NCBI GenBank assembly: GCA_011364965.1
Contig: RDOB01000003.1
Location: 368,939-432,938, forward strand
DNA from: Candidatus Heimdallarchaeota archaeon
GTDB lineage: Archaea; Asgardarchaeota; Heimdallarchaeia; Hodarchaeales; Hodarchaeaceae
Direction: 5' to 3'
DNA: 64,000 bases
Under the pieces are notes generated by a model. The model worked only from the letters and a program-made list of their open reading frames with translations, was not told the origin of the DNA and searched no databases. Below, one piece after another: positions 37,366 through 47,583 of this stretch. The translations under genes and the position numbers were made by a program. Each line of letters begins with the position of its first letter. Position 1 is the first letter of the stretch.

Positions 37366-37956
37366 GTGAAAAATATGCACCGAATCACAAGAGAATTCTT
37401 TGAAACTGGTGAAAATTTTGACGATTTCATCAAATCTGGGACGGAGGAAGAACAAAACCGTTTTCAACTCTATTATCAAAAAAGTGAAAAAAAATTCTCT
37501 ATAGAGGAATTTCGAGTAGATCTTGAATATCCAATAAATTTGCTTTTATTGGGAACTCCTTGGTGTTGGGATTCTCAAACAAATGTTCCAATTATTTTAC
37601 GAATTGCAGAAAACAGTCCAAATATCAATATTAAAATATTCAATAAAGACGCATACCCTTTCTTAGCTGAAACCATTAATGGAGGAGAAAAAGTACCACA
37701 ATTACTTGTATTTTCTCAAGATTTTTATTATATTGACAGATGGGTTGAACGATCAACACGAACTTATGAATTGTATGCTAAAACCCGCAAAGAGTTGGGT
37801 TGGGATCCAGAAAAGAAACAAGAATTTGCGAAGGAGTATCGAAAGAGGTACCTGAGAATTCAAGAAGAATTAGAATCATCAGTTATTAAGGAAATTCATA
37901 CATTGCTGAAAAGAGCAGATGCTATTCAGGCATCAACTGCACGCCTAGCAAAATAA
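37366..37956 (+). CDS. Thioredoxin-family protein (monothiol CxxS)
   Basis: TPWCWDS, NGGEKVP, WVER. Confidence 0.85.
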   Translation: MKNMHRITREFFETGENFDDFIKSGTEEEQNRFQLYYQKSEKKFSIEEFRVDLEYPINLLLLGTPWCWDSQTNVPIILRIAENSPNINIKIFNKDAYPFLAETINGGEKVPQLLVFSQDFYYIDRWVERSTRTYELYAKTRKELGWDPEKKQEFAKEYRKRYLRIQEELESSVIKEIHTLLKRADAIQASTARLAK

Positions 37957-38116
37957 ACCATTATTTTAATTTTAAATTGATTTTTTTTCCAATTAGTATG
38001 GGGAGAGAATATTTTTCTTTTCAAAAATAATCTATTTCAATCCTCAGTCGAAAAGTTTAGAATGCCTTGTTTTACATACAAACTCTATAGATCTAAATCC
38101 ATAGAAAATTCATCTA

Positions 38117-40744
38117 ATGTCTTTTAAGAGGATTAATATGCGTAAAAGAGTAATAGAATGGAATATTCCTATAACAGATATATCAAAAGCTTCTATCCAT
38201 GAGAAAAGCGTACGACATGGACATCCAAGCACTCTTCACTTGTGGTGGGCAAGACGACCATTAGCTGCCTCCAGAACTACGACTTTTGCTGCTCTTCTAG
38301 ATTTACCATATGAAATTCAAGAGCAAAATAAAACTCTAAAGCTGATAAGTGAATTAGCTCCATGGAATGTACTGAGAGATAATGATCATTCAATAATAAA
38401 CATAGGGCAGAAAATCCTCAAAAAGCAATGGAAGAACGATCCTCCTAAAGTACTCGATCCCTTTTCAGGAGGGGGGTCAATTCCCTTGGAAGCTCTTCGC
38501 CTAGGTTGTGTAACTTATGCGAATGATTTAAATCCAGTTGCTGTTCTAATAGGAAAAGCTACACTTGAATGGCCTCAACAGCTAGCTGACCCAAACTTAG
38601 TTACTTTTGTAGAAGAACAAGCTAAACATATCGAAGAAAAAGTAAGACAAAGAATCGGACATTTTTACCCGTGTGATTGTGATGGATTAATCCCCATCGG
38701 GTATCTTTGGGCACGTGTAATTCAATGTACCAATAATTCTTGCCTGTTTGAAATTCCTCTTATTAAACATTTTTGGTTGGCACGAAAGAAATCTAGAAAA
38801 ATTGCATATAAGCCTATATTAGATAAAGAGTCTCAAAGAGTAAAATTTGTTATACAAGCCGATGATGAGATAGATTTTAATCCCTCTGAAGGTACAGTTA
38901 TCCGAGCAAATGTTCGATGTTTGGCGTGTGGAATAGTAATCCGAGCTCAAAAAGTTCGGGCCATTGCTCAAGAAGGTGGTTTGTCTCATCGATTGATAGT
39001 AGTAATTTTACGCTCCAAAGAGAAAACGGGAAAAATTTATCGCATCGCAACTAAAGAGGATATGGAATGGATTAATGAAGCAAAAATGAATATCCAGTTA
39101 ATGGAGAAATCTCAATCCGATCTAAATCTTTTCCTCCCAAATGAAAATTTACCACCTAAGGGAACTCTTGGATTCGGAGTTCAACAATATGGAATGACAA
39201 AATGGATCGATTTATTTAATCCAAGACAACTTTTTTCTCATGTAATTTTCGCAGAGGAAATAAAAAAGCAATTTCCCATAATCCAAGAACAAGTTAACAC
39301 TAAATTTCCAGAAAATCCTGAAATGGCCTTTAAAGCTATCTGTGCTTATTTAACTTTAATCTTTGGCCGACTAGTAGATAAAAACGCAAGTTTAGTAGTA
39401 TATAATGTCTATGGAGAAAAAATTGAGCATGTTTTTGGACGCACGGCATTACCAATGGCTTGGGATTATGTGGAACTAAATGTTTTTTCAGGAGCTAATG
39501 GAGACTGGTCGAAGCAAACAGAATGGGTACTAAAATTTTTGGATGCACATATTTGGAAAGCTAAAACTTCCTCAAGAGTGATCTTAGCTTCAGTAACAAG
39601 TTTACCTTATGCTAATAATTTTTTTGACGCCATTCTTACAGATCCTCCCTATTACGACAACATTCCGTACTCGGATTTATCAGATTATTTTTATATATGG
39701 TTTAAGCGTATATTGGGAGATGTGTTCCCGACTCTTTTTGCAACACCTTTAACACCCAAATTAAGTGAGCTTGTAGCAAACAAGGGACGTCAAAAAAACC
39801 CGAAAATCCATTTTGAAGATAAAATGCGGATTGCTTTTCAAGAAATGAATCGTACGTTGAAACACGAGGGAATTATGGTAATTGTATATGCTCATAAATC
39901 AGTATCAGGCTGGGTCTCATTATTGTCTTCAGTAATTCAAGCTGGATTTGTTATCACAGCATCATGGCCAATCCATACTGAAATGAGGACACGGCTTCGT
40001 GCAAGAACCTCAGCTGCTTTAGCTTCCTCGATCTATTTGGTATGTAGAAAAATACCTCAAAAGGAAAGAGGATATATCTCAGAATTAACAGAAGATCTGG
40101 AGACGAAAATTTGGACGTTTCTCCAAAGAACTTGGGAAGAGGGAATTAGAGGAGGAGATTTCTTTATTGCAGCAATAGGATCTGCAATGAGTCTTTTAAG
40201 CAGATATAAAGAATTGAGACGCTACTCGGGAGAATTAGTTACATTAGAAGATCAATTGAAAATTATTAGAAGAATCTCAACAAACTTCCTTTTAAATAAT
40301 TTAATTGGAAAAGGGGCCAGTGTTACTTTAGATAACCTAGCACAATTCTATCTCGCTTTTCGATGGACTTACCAAGATAGATTAGCAGATTTTGGTGAAG
40401 CGCAGGTATTAGGTCAAGCTTGCGGAATAAATTTGGACAAGCTGGCAATTAAAGACGATTTAGTCAGAAAGAAAGGATCAAAGTTATCTTTAGCTGACCC
40501 TACTTGTAGAAAGCAGGTTGAATCCAGAAAAAATGACTATGTCAATGTCATGCATTTATTAGTCAATGCATGGGAGAAGAATGATATGGAAACGTTAAAG
40601 GAGGCACTTCAGTTAAATAAAAAAATTATTTCACCTACTTTTTGGCAGTTTTGCCAAGCAGTCGCTGAATGCTTACCGAAAACGAACCAAGAAAAGCATT
40701 ATTTAGAAGGTCTTTTAGCTTCTCAATATAGTAAGCCATTCTAA
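38117..40744 (+). CDS. DUF1156-type amino-DNA methyltransferase
   Basis: LHLWWARRPL, DPFSGGGSIPLE, TDPPYYD; Zn-ribbon Cys pairs. Confidence 0.92.
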   Translation: MSFKRINMRKRVIEWNIPITDISKASIHEKSVRHGHPSTLHLWWARRPLAASRTTTFAALLDLPYEIQEQNKTLKLISELAPWNVLRDNDHSIINIGQKILKKQWKNDPPKVLDPFSGGGSIPLEALRLGCVTYANDLNPVAVLIGKATLEWPQQLADPNLVTFVEEQAKHIEEKVRQRIGHFYPCDCDGLIPIGYLWARVIQCTNNSCLFEIPLIKHFWLARKKSRKIAYKPILDKESQRVKFVIQADDEIDFNPSEGTVIRANVRCLACGIVIRAQKVRAIAQEGGLSHRLIVVILRSKEKTGKIYRIATKEDMEWINEAKMNIQLMEKSQSDLNLFLPNENLPPKGTLGFGVQQYGMTKWIDLFNPRQLFSHVIFAEEIKKQFPIIQEQVNTKFPENPEMAFKAICAYLTLIFGRLVDKNASLVVYNVYGEKIEHVFGRTALPMAWDYVELNVFSGANGDWSKQTEWVLKFLDAHIWKAKTSSRVILASVTSLPYANNFFDAILTDPPYYDNIPYSDLSDYFYIWFKRILGDVFPTLFATPLTPKLSELVANKGRQKNPKIHFEDKMRIAFQEMNRTLKHEGIMVIVYAHKSVSGWVSLLSSVIQAGFVITASWPIHTEMRTRLRARTSAALASSIYLVCRKIPQKERGYISELTEDLETKIWTFLQRTWEEGIRGGDFFIAAIGSAMSLLSRYKELRRYSGELVTLEDQLKIIRRISTNFLLNNLIGKGASVTLDNLAQFYLAFRWTYQDRLADFGEAQVLGQACGINLDKLAIKDDLVRKKGSKLSLADPTCRKQVESRKNDYVNVMHLLVNAWEKNDMETLKEALQLNKKIISPTFWQFCQAVAECLPKTNQEKHYLEGLLASQYSKPF

Positions 40745-40759
40745 TGGAAATAAGTAATA

Positions 40760-41251
40760 CTATTTATTCCGTAGTTTTAGCAATTCTTTATTTATATTGG
40801 TTAAGATTTTTTCAATTACTTTCTGACTTTTGATCAGAGTAGCAATATTTGCTTCCATAGCTTTAACAGAGGCTTCAATTTCTATCAATCGATCAGTATT
40901 GAAACCTTCAGTTGGAAGGGGCCTAGCGGGTACAGTGGTTTTGGAAGATGATTTAGAAGTGTCAATCACCAAATCCCTGTAACTAGTGTCTTGTTGGCGA
41001 CTGGTTGGAGTTCTTGGGGTTGCTATTGGAGTAGCGGGACGCGGCGAGGAGGTAGGGGAGGCAAACCGCGGTCTTCCAGAGGTTAATGGAGGGGGAGGTT
41101 TGTCAAAAGTTCCTTGGATCTCAACAGGGACTATAGGTTTGAATTCCTCTTCAGTACGATCTTCAAACGTCTCCTGACTACCACAATGGGGACAGGGGAA
41201 TGACATAATGTAATTACGACATTTTTTACAAACAGGACTTATCGAATTCAC
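40760..41251 (-). CDS. Zinc ribbon / Pro-rich / coiled-coil protein
   Basis: CKKC-x7-CPHC, KPPPP..SPRPATP, C-terminal heptads. Confidence 0.7.
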   Translation of the reverse strand: MNSISPVCKKCRNYIMSFPCPHCGSQETFEDRTEEEFKPIVPVEIQGTFDKPPPPLTSGRPRFASPTSSPRPATPIATPRTPTSRQQDTSYRDLVIDTSKSSSKTTVPARPLPTEGFNTDRLIEIEASVKAMEANIATLIKSQKVIEKILTNINKELLKLRNK

Positions 41252-41349
41252 ATCCTGTAAACTATAGCCTTTGTTAACGAGGTTTATGTCTCTTCAATCG
41301 AAGAATATGATTATTGGGGAAAATCAATTAATAAAGATTGTTCTCAAAA

Positions 41350-41381
41350 GAAAGAAAAAGAGAACTCCCATAAAGGGAGTT
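41350..41381 (-). terminator. Hairpin plus T-tract after TldE-1
   Basis: AACTCCC-ATAAA-GGGAGTT (41363-41381), followed on the minus strand by T-runs. Confidence 0.6.
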
Positions 41382-42762
41382 ATTGGGTAGCTGTTGTTAT
41401 TCGACAATCCTTTACACGTATAGTAGGAATCCAAGTAGGGGAAGTAACTTCCCACCACTTAACTTGAACCAGATCGTTACACATGGCATCGATGGCAGCA
41501 AATTGTCGTAAAAGGTTATCTGAGATCCTAAAGTTTTTGATGGGAGCACTAAGTTCTCCATTTTTAACCACGAATGCAGCATCCCGCGGGATAGTACTAT
41601 ATTCTGTGGAAATTTGGCTCGTATAACGAGTATACCAATTGCAAAGTATAAAAATACATTTACGAGAGTTTGTCTCTAATATTTCATCAAAAGATTGATC
41701 TCCATTATTAAATACCACATTTGAAGAATAAGGAGCTAAAAATTTGCTACCAATACCAAAATCCACTAATTCGCTATTGCCGGTAGATTCTGCTTGTGAC
41801 ATAATAGCAGAAGAGGTATTATTGATATAATTTTTCAAAACACCATTCGTAAAGATCGGAGTAACTTTACGGGGAGTTCCCTCAAAATCAAAAGGTGCAC
41901 TTCTTAAACCATTAGCTAATAGACCATTATCAGAAACAGACAAAAAATCTGGGCCTAATTGTTCTCCCATTTTATCTCCTAGGGCACTCATCCCCATCAT
42001 TATCATCAAAGGATTAGCCATTGTCGGAATCGTACCAAGGAGATTTGCAGCTACTGCAGGAGCCATTATTACGTCATAAATTCCTGCATGCGCTTGCTTA
42101 GCTCCTTTATGAAGTTTAGAATATCTACCAGCTCTTTCCCCAGCTTTCTGGAGAGCTTCCATGGAATCAGAAACCATTCTACCGCAAGCGAGGCCTTGAC
42201 CTGAAGCATCAAGCTCATCTTGAAATGCCCTGGTAGTCATTTCGTATGAACTATGTGAATATTTTCCTTGGGGACCAGCAGAACTTTTCAAAAGCATATG
42301 ATTTTGACCAAAAAAAAATGAACCAGCAACACGAACAGCTCCAGCATCCAGAGCGCTTTGAATACATGCATTTACATAGTCTGGAGCTTTCTCTTGATAA
42401 CCTGATATTTTGTTATCGTAGAGCTTTTCAATTGTAGAATAGCTATTTAGAGAAGATTCACAACCTAAATAAAAGGGACTTGGAGCAAGCTTTTTTGTAA
42501 AAGCCACTTGATCTAATATTCTTTCTCTTACAGTTTCTTCATTGCTGGGAGAAAATTCACTAGTGGAGACTTGATTGCTGTTAACTACAATAAGCACATC
42601 TAGAGTTTCACTTCGCCATTCCTTATTTATATCAATCTTATTCTGTGAAAAACGAATTTGGTTAATTATTTTATCAGTTCCACGAGCAATTATCAAATCC
42701 ACTCCCATTTTTTGTCCAGTTTCAATGGCTAATTCAACATATGCTTCTACATTGTCTTTCAT
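41380..42762 (-). CDS. TldE/PmbA-family protein (copy 1)
   Basis: PFDFEG, STGN, NWYTRY, TIPRD; lacks HExxxH; downstream of TldD. Confidence 0.9.
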   Translation of the reverse strand: MKDNVEAYVELAIETGQKMGVDLIIARGTDKIINQIRFSQNKIDINKEWRSETLDVLIVVNSNQVSTSEFSPSNEETVRERILDQVAFTKKLAPSPFYLGCESSLNSYSTIEKLYDNKISGYQEKAPDYVNACIQSALDAGAVRVAGSFFFGQNHMLLKSSAGPQGKYSHSSYEMTTRAFQDELDASGQGLACGRMVSDSMEALQKAGERAGRYSKLHKGAKQAHAGIYDVIMAPAVAANLLGTIPTMANPLMIMMGMSALGDKMGEQLGPDFLSVSDNGLLANGLRSAPFDFEGTPRKVTPIFTNGVLKNYINNTSSAIMSQAESTGNSELVDFGIGSKFLAPYSSNVVFNNGDQSFDEILETNSRKCIFILCNWYTRYTSQISTEYSTIPRDAAFVVKNGELSAPIKNFRISDNLLRQFAAIDAMCNDLVQVKWWEVTSPTWIPTIRVKDCRITTATQ

Positions 42763-42772
42763 TCATATCACC

Positions 42773-44185
42773 TCATCCTAACCTAATATCACGCATCCGA
42801 ATACATCCACCTCCCGCATACACTGGTACTCCCTGGCTAGGGTCAGATTTACCACAAATACCTGGAAAATCGAAAACTAGCTCATTCGATACTCCATCAA
42901 TTGAAGAAAAAAGACCAACGGATGTTAATTCCATTACTGGACGACGTATCATTGTATGAGTGACTTCTCCATTGATTATTTCATAACATTCAAATCCTAC
43001 GTACTTACTCTGATATCTTCTATCATCAATATTCCATTCTGTGAAAGAAAGCATATAGATTCCATGTTTAATGTCTTCAATGAGTTCTTCAAGAGTAAAA
43101 TCTCCAGGTTGCATATATGTATTAGCCATGCGAATAATTGGTTCTTTATTATAATTCTCAGATCTTGCTGCGCCATTAGAACCCAAGTTAAACTTTTTAC
43201 CAAACTCACGATTGAGTAGTGGTTCATTAACAACGCCTTCTTTAATCAAAATGCGATTGCGAGCTTTAACTCCTTCATCATCCCATAAATAATAGCCTCC
43301 TGTTCCCGGAATTGTAGGATCTTCACAGATCGTTACATGTTCTGTTCCAATCTTGGATTCACCGAGTTTCAGGTCTCTCCAAAAGGACTCGCCAGCTTGA
43401 GCTCCTTCACGACCCATAATACGATCTCCTTCTGACGGATGTCCAGAATTCTCATGACAGATTATTCCAACAACCTCTGGACTTACAACGAAATCCACTA
43501 CCCCTGTTAAACGTTTATCTGACTGCTTCGATACCTTTTCTAACTGCTTACACTGTTTTTCATATTGATCGAGCCATACTCTAGTTCCTTCCCACCCCGT
43601 GCTACGCGTTAGATCAATGAATCGTTGTTCGGAATCCAAAATTCCTTTTGAGGTTGCTATACAATAGTATTTAAGCATTGACAGTTCCGCATCAATCTTA
43701 GTGCCTTCTGAGGTTACGATGTATTTCGAAGCACTCTGTGCTTCAAATATAGTTGCCCGAGTACTGATATTGTATCCTTCTGCAACTTTATCCATTTCTT
43801 GAAGCAGATTCAGCATTGTATCAGTGTCAATATTTGTTAATTTCTCCTTCACTGGAACCCTCCATTTAGCTACATTCGATATAGGTTCTCCAAAATCAAT
43901 TTTTTCTGCGGGATTCGAAGCTTTTGCCATCTTAATTCCCGATAGGATTGCATTTTCGACTGCTTTTTTACTCAAATTATCAACCGAAACAAAAGCCAAT
44001 CCACCTTCTATTAATATGCGGAATCCGATTCCCTGCCAAGGTAACTCGGATCCTGACATTGGTGTACCATTTTGAAGGAAAAAAATTGTTCTATGGCCGT
44101 CAATCAACCTTGCTTCTGCATATGTTGCATCATTCTCTTGCGATACTCTTATTCCATATTCTGCTAAGTCTTTCCCATAGGTCAT
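42773..44185 (-). CDS. TldD-family metalloprotease (copy 1)
   Basis: HENSGHPSEGD, DDEG, PIIRMANT, CGKSDPSQ. Confidence 0.93.
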   Translation of the reverse strand: MTYGKDLAEYGIRVSQENDATYAEARLIDGHRTIFFLQNGTPMSGSELPWQGIGFRILIEGGLAFVSVDNLSKKAVENAILSGIKMAKASNPAEKIDFGEPISNVAKWRVPVKEKLTNIDTDTMLNLLQEMDKVAEGYNISTRATIFEAQSASKYIVTSEGTKIDAELSMLKYYCIATSKGILDSEQRFIDLTRSTGWEGTRVWLDQYEKQCKQLEKVSKQSDKRLTGVVDFVVSPEVVGIICHENSGHPSEGDRIMGREGAQAGESFWRDLKLGESKIGTEHVTICEDPTIPGTGGYYLWDDEGVKARNRILIKEGVVNEPLLNREFGKKFNLGSNGAARSENYNKEPIIRMANTYMQPGDFTLEELIEDIKHGIYMLSFTEWNIDDRRYQSKYVGFECYEIINGEVTHTMIRRPVMELTSVGLFSSIDGVSNELVFDFPGICGKSDPSQGVPVYAGGGCIRMRDIRLG

Positions 44186-44522
44186 ATATCTTCATCTCGG
44201 AATGGTTTTATTGCACTCATCTTTTTTGTCAGCAGTAATGTAAAACATGTATTGCCCAGACTTAATTTAATCTTTGTTGTTTTTTAAAAAATAGGTATCT
44301 ATTTTATATCTAATTTCAATTTTATTAATCTAAGGGGTTAATTTTTCTTCATATGACCAGTTTTCTTAAAGAGTCTGTATTGAATATTTATGTCGGATGT
44401 TTTTCCTGAATAATAACAAATCTGAGTAAATTATCAATTGAGAATTTATAGAATAGCTTTATATCAATAGAAATTATTACCAGAGCGGCCAACTAGGAAT
44501 TCTTCGGGATTGAGGTCAATAG

Positions 44523-46163
44523 ATGAATTCATGGAAATGGACTGAATTTAACAATCAGTTTATATTTTTCCAGCCCATCATTCCTGTAGACACGTTCAAT
44601 TGTATATCAGACCTTCCTGAACAGCACAGAGTTTCAATACTTGATGAATACGTAAACCTTTGTCAATTTAACAGTATTTATAAAACTAATTTGTCATCAA
44701 GATTGTTTACTCTCTCTAATCAGAATTCTAAATCTCATTTAGATTATCAGCCATTTGGGTTCTATAATAGATACGATAGAAATGTTAGAACTCTACAAAA
44801 CTCACAAAACAGATATCCCCAACAAACTAAATCTTCTAATAATCAAAGTGAATCTCTTGAGAGTACAGTTCTTAAATCCTTTTTTCAAGAAACGTTTGAT
44901 GTAGATATAATGACGAAATCCTCCATCGAATCTGATTCCTCAACCCAAGTATATATCAAATTATTTCCATTAGATATTCTCGAAAATCTTGAAGATAAAG
45001 ATACATGTGCCTTTCTTTTATCCTTTTCAGATCTTCAAATTGAAAGTTTTGACTTAATCTTTACTTATTTCCAAAAAAACTTCGGAATTCAGTTTATCCT
45101 CAAACCTCCTCATAGTATAACCTTTGTGGAATCTCCAGAAAATCGAATACTATTAATAGGAAAAAGAAAGTATGAAGGTTCAGCTAAAATAATTACTCTA
45201 AAGAAGACATTTATTATTAGTGATTCACCTAAAATTGCTGATTTATTTGAATCCCTGGACATAGATCAGATATCAAAGGATTGTTCGATAATAACTGTCT
45301 CTCAATCAGAGATAACATTTCCAACATGGGGAGTGTTCTTCTATTCCCAAGAACTTCTTAGTTTTTGGTTCAAAATACAGAAAAACTCTAATCCCCTCTC
45401 CAATGAAACCAATATCTTTGATGGTAAGTTTGCAGCTCCAACTAATCCATGCGGCCTTCCATACAAAGATTGGACATTAGAAAGCGAGACTAGTGAATAT
45501 ATAGAAATCAGACATAGGCGAAAACCGTCAATCAAAATTAAACTACCCGCAGAAAAAATATTCAAATCAATGAATTCTTATCAAGCATTGCAGGAGTATC
45601 CATCGATTATTCCTCCAGGCAATAAAAAATTCTTTAAAAACTGGAATGAATTAAATAATCCAGCTATTATTGAAGAAGGATTCGCTCATACAATAATTGT
45701 ACCTATGGTTGATTTACGCAAAACAAAATCATTAACCTTTTTTACTGAACAACCTCTTCATGTGGGCTTTGGATTTAAAGGAATAAAAGCGTCGAGAACC
45801 AAAAGTTTTTGGATATTTTCTTTCCTGTCCTCTACTTTTGGCCTTTTTTCAATTCTATATACTGCAAAATGGATTACACAATTGCTTTTTGAACTTCCAG
45901 TCCAGAATTTGGAATTTATACGCATACCTAACATGAAAAGGGCAACAAAAAAACAAAAAAATTTAATTAGAGACATTGTGGAAAAAATTGGAGCTATTCC
46001 AGTCTTTAAACGGAATTCATTATTGGAAGAAATCGATAAAGCTCAAAAAGATGATAAAAATCTGCTTTTTCAACTCGATTGTGTGTTTGCAGACATCTTT
46101 GGATTTCCAAGGAATGAAATTAGAGTAATTTATGAATTATTTAAAAAAGAGTACATAAAATAA
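44523..46163 (+). CDS. Hypothetical protein; C-terminus resembles the TRD/helical end of type IIG methyltransferases
   Basis: FSFLSSTFG..VQNLEFIRIP..LLEEI..LDCVFADIFG..IY; no NPPY/DPPY or SAM-binding GxG motif visible. Confidence 0.45.
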   Translation: MNSWKWTEFNNQFIFFQPIIPVDTFNCISDLPEQHRVSILDEYVNLCQFNSIYKTNLSSRLFTLSNQNSKSHLDYQPFGFYNRYDRNVRTLQNSQNRYPQQTKSSNNQSESLESTVLKSFFQETFDVDIMTKSSIESDSSTQVYIKLFPLDILENLEDKDTCAFLLSFSDLQIESFDLIFTYFQKNFGIQFILKPPHSITFVESPENRILLIGKRKYEGSAKIITLKKTFIISDSPKIADLFESLDIDQISKDCSIITVSQSEITFPTWGVFFYSQELLSFWFKIQKNSNPLSNETNIFDGKFAAPTNPCGLPYKDWTLESETSEYIEIRHRRKPSIKIKLPAEKIFKSMNSYQALQEYPSIIPPGNKKFFKNWNELNNPAIIEEGFAHTIIVPMVDLRKTKSLTFFTEQPLHVGFGFKGIKASRTKSFWIFSFLSSTFGLFSILYTAKWITQLLFELPVQNLEFIRIPNMKRATKKQKNLIRDIVEKIGAIPVFKRNSLLEEIDKAQKDDKNLLFQLDCVFADIFGFPRNEIRVIYELFKKEYIK

Positions 46164-46215
46164 TCAATTCTCTCTAATTCAGATATTATATCCGTTAATT
46201 TCAAGAAAATGGTTT

Positions 46216-46644
46216 TTAGAAGTAGAAAAATAGCATTTTTTCTAATAATGAGTTATGACCAATCCCAAGCGACGCCAACGTTTGAAAATCAACGAATGTG
46301 ATTATGTAGTTGACAACAGCTTTCATAGAGAGGTCTCTAGGTAAATCTAGCATATTGCGAACTGTAACTAATTCGATATATAGCTCATTTAGTTGGCTAT
46401 AATTGCTTGTTTTCAAATCAAAAATTTCTCTGATGTCTTCTAAGGTTTGGTAGAGTCCAATTAAACTCTTTATATCTACGTGGCGGGGTAAATTGAGTTC
46501 TAATTTCAAATGTTGCAACAATCGTAACGTTGCAATGAGTTCATTCTCAGAAACATCTTTAGATACGGTCTCTAAATACCTACGTATCGTGTTCAATTGA
46601 TGTTCTTCAATTTGTCCCGATATCAATTTTTTCATTTCCTTCAT
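46216..46644 (-). CDS. Hypothetical helical-repeat protein
   Basis: ATG 46644 lies just after the upstream stop. Repeats LKLELNLPR / IREIFDLK / VRNMLDLPR. Confidence 0.6.
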   Translation of the reverse strand: MKEMKKLISGQIEEHQLNTIRRYLETVSKDVSENELIATLRLLQHLKLELNLPRHVDIKSLIGLYQTLEDIREIFDLKTSNYSQLNELYIELVTVRNMLDLPRDLSMKAVVNYIITFVDFQTLASLGIGHNSLLEKMLFFYF

Positions 46645-46648
46645 ACTA

Positions 46649-47020
46649 CTATTTTTCTTTCTGCAGATCCGATATTTCTTTTTCAATATCCTCTATTATC
46701 TGTTCGTAAGGTTGGAGTAAACGAAGATCAATATTTCCCACCTCATCAGCATAATCTTTATTATACCGTGTTGCCTCTTCAATTAACTTAGGCAAGTCTC
46801 GTGGCACAAATAGAATTTCTTCTCTAATCAAACGATATATTTCTTGCAATACACGTTTCTTTTCTTCCACAGTTCTAATTCCGAGAGCATTCATTACATA
46901 ACGAAGATTCTGTGTTGGAGTATCTTTAAATGAAAGTAAGAGCAAGGCCCGATCAGCCAGTTGTTCTGCTCTTTCTTCACTTTTTGTTAATGACTTTGGT
47001 TGCTTTTTGAAACGGGACAC
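46649..47020 (-). CDS. Hypothetical protein (possible wHTH plus coiled coil)
   Basis: GTG 47020 follows AAGGA; the track extends to 47113. Confidence 0.6.
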   Translation of the reverse strand: MSRFKKQPKSLTKSEERAEQLADRALLLLSFKDTPTQNLRYVMNALGIRTVEEKKRVLQEIYRLIREEILFVPRDLPKLIEEATRYNKDYADEVGNIDLRLLQPYEQIIEDIEKEISDLQKEK

Positions 47021-47097
47021 TATGAATTCCTTCTTTTGGGGAGAGGGCTTTAGATGCAATTCACCAGTTTTCACTGTATAATATTGTAAGTACACGA

Positions 47098-47382
47098 CTA
47101 TAGTCCTCCACAAAGTACATAACGATTAGGATCATTTGCGTCGGGTAGAAGATTCAATTTTTCATTGCTGAAGTATTCGAGTAGGTCAAGGAAATAAATT
47201 AAAAGCTCTTTAAGCTCTAATTCCGAATAATTCTCAAGATCTTTCATTTTAATTAAACCAAGCTTATTTATAACCTCCATATTATCAAATAAGTTGGAGG
47301 AAATATACACCAGTTGATATAAGCGGTCTAAAGCCTTCTTACTAGTGAATTGTTCCGTTAATTGCATCTTTGCTACTTCCAA
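47098..47382 (-). CDS. Hypothetical small helical protein
   Basis: 94-aa ORF co-oriented with its neighbours; internal GGAAG then ATG. Confidence 0.5.
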   Translation of the reverse strand: MEVAKMQLTEQFTSKKALDRLYQLVYISSNLFDNMEVINKLGLIKMKDLENYSELELKELLIYFLDLLEYFSNEKLNLLPDANDPNRYVLCGGL

Positions 47383-47583
47383 GTCTTACAGGTAGAATTA
47401 CTCACAAACTTAGATATACTAGAAAGATTTCCAAAAAGGACATTTTTTCGAAAATGATGTCATTTCAGAATGAGTGGTTTGAAATATTACACCCATTTGA
47501 TGAAGATCTAGTTCTCTAATTTGACTTGGGAGATCCTAATTGTTATAATAAGGGATAAAAGTAAGAAAAAAGCGTAAGAGAAT

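Noticed and set aside
44498-44511. C(UUCG)G tetraloop hairpin before the 44523 ORF
   Set aside because: Only five base pairs including a G-U, and no K-turn consensus; too weak on its own.
47098-47382. C-terminal CGGL suggesting a ubiquitin-like precursor
   Set aside because: The sequence looks helical rather than beta-grasp, and no E1 or JAB gene is nearby.
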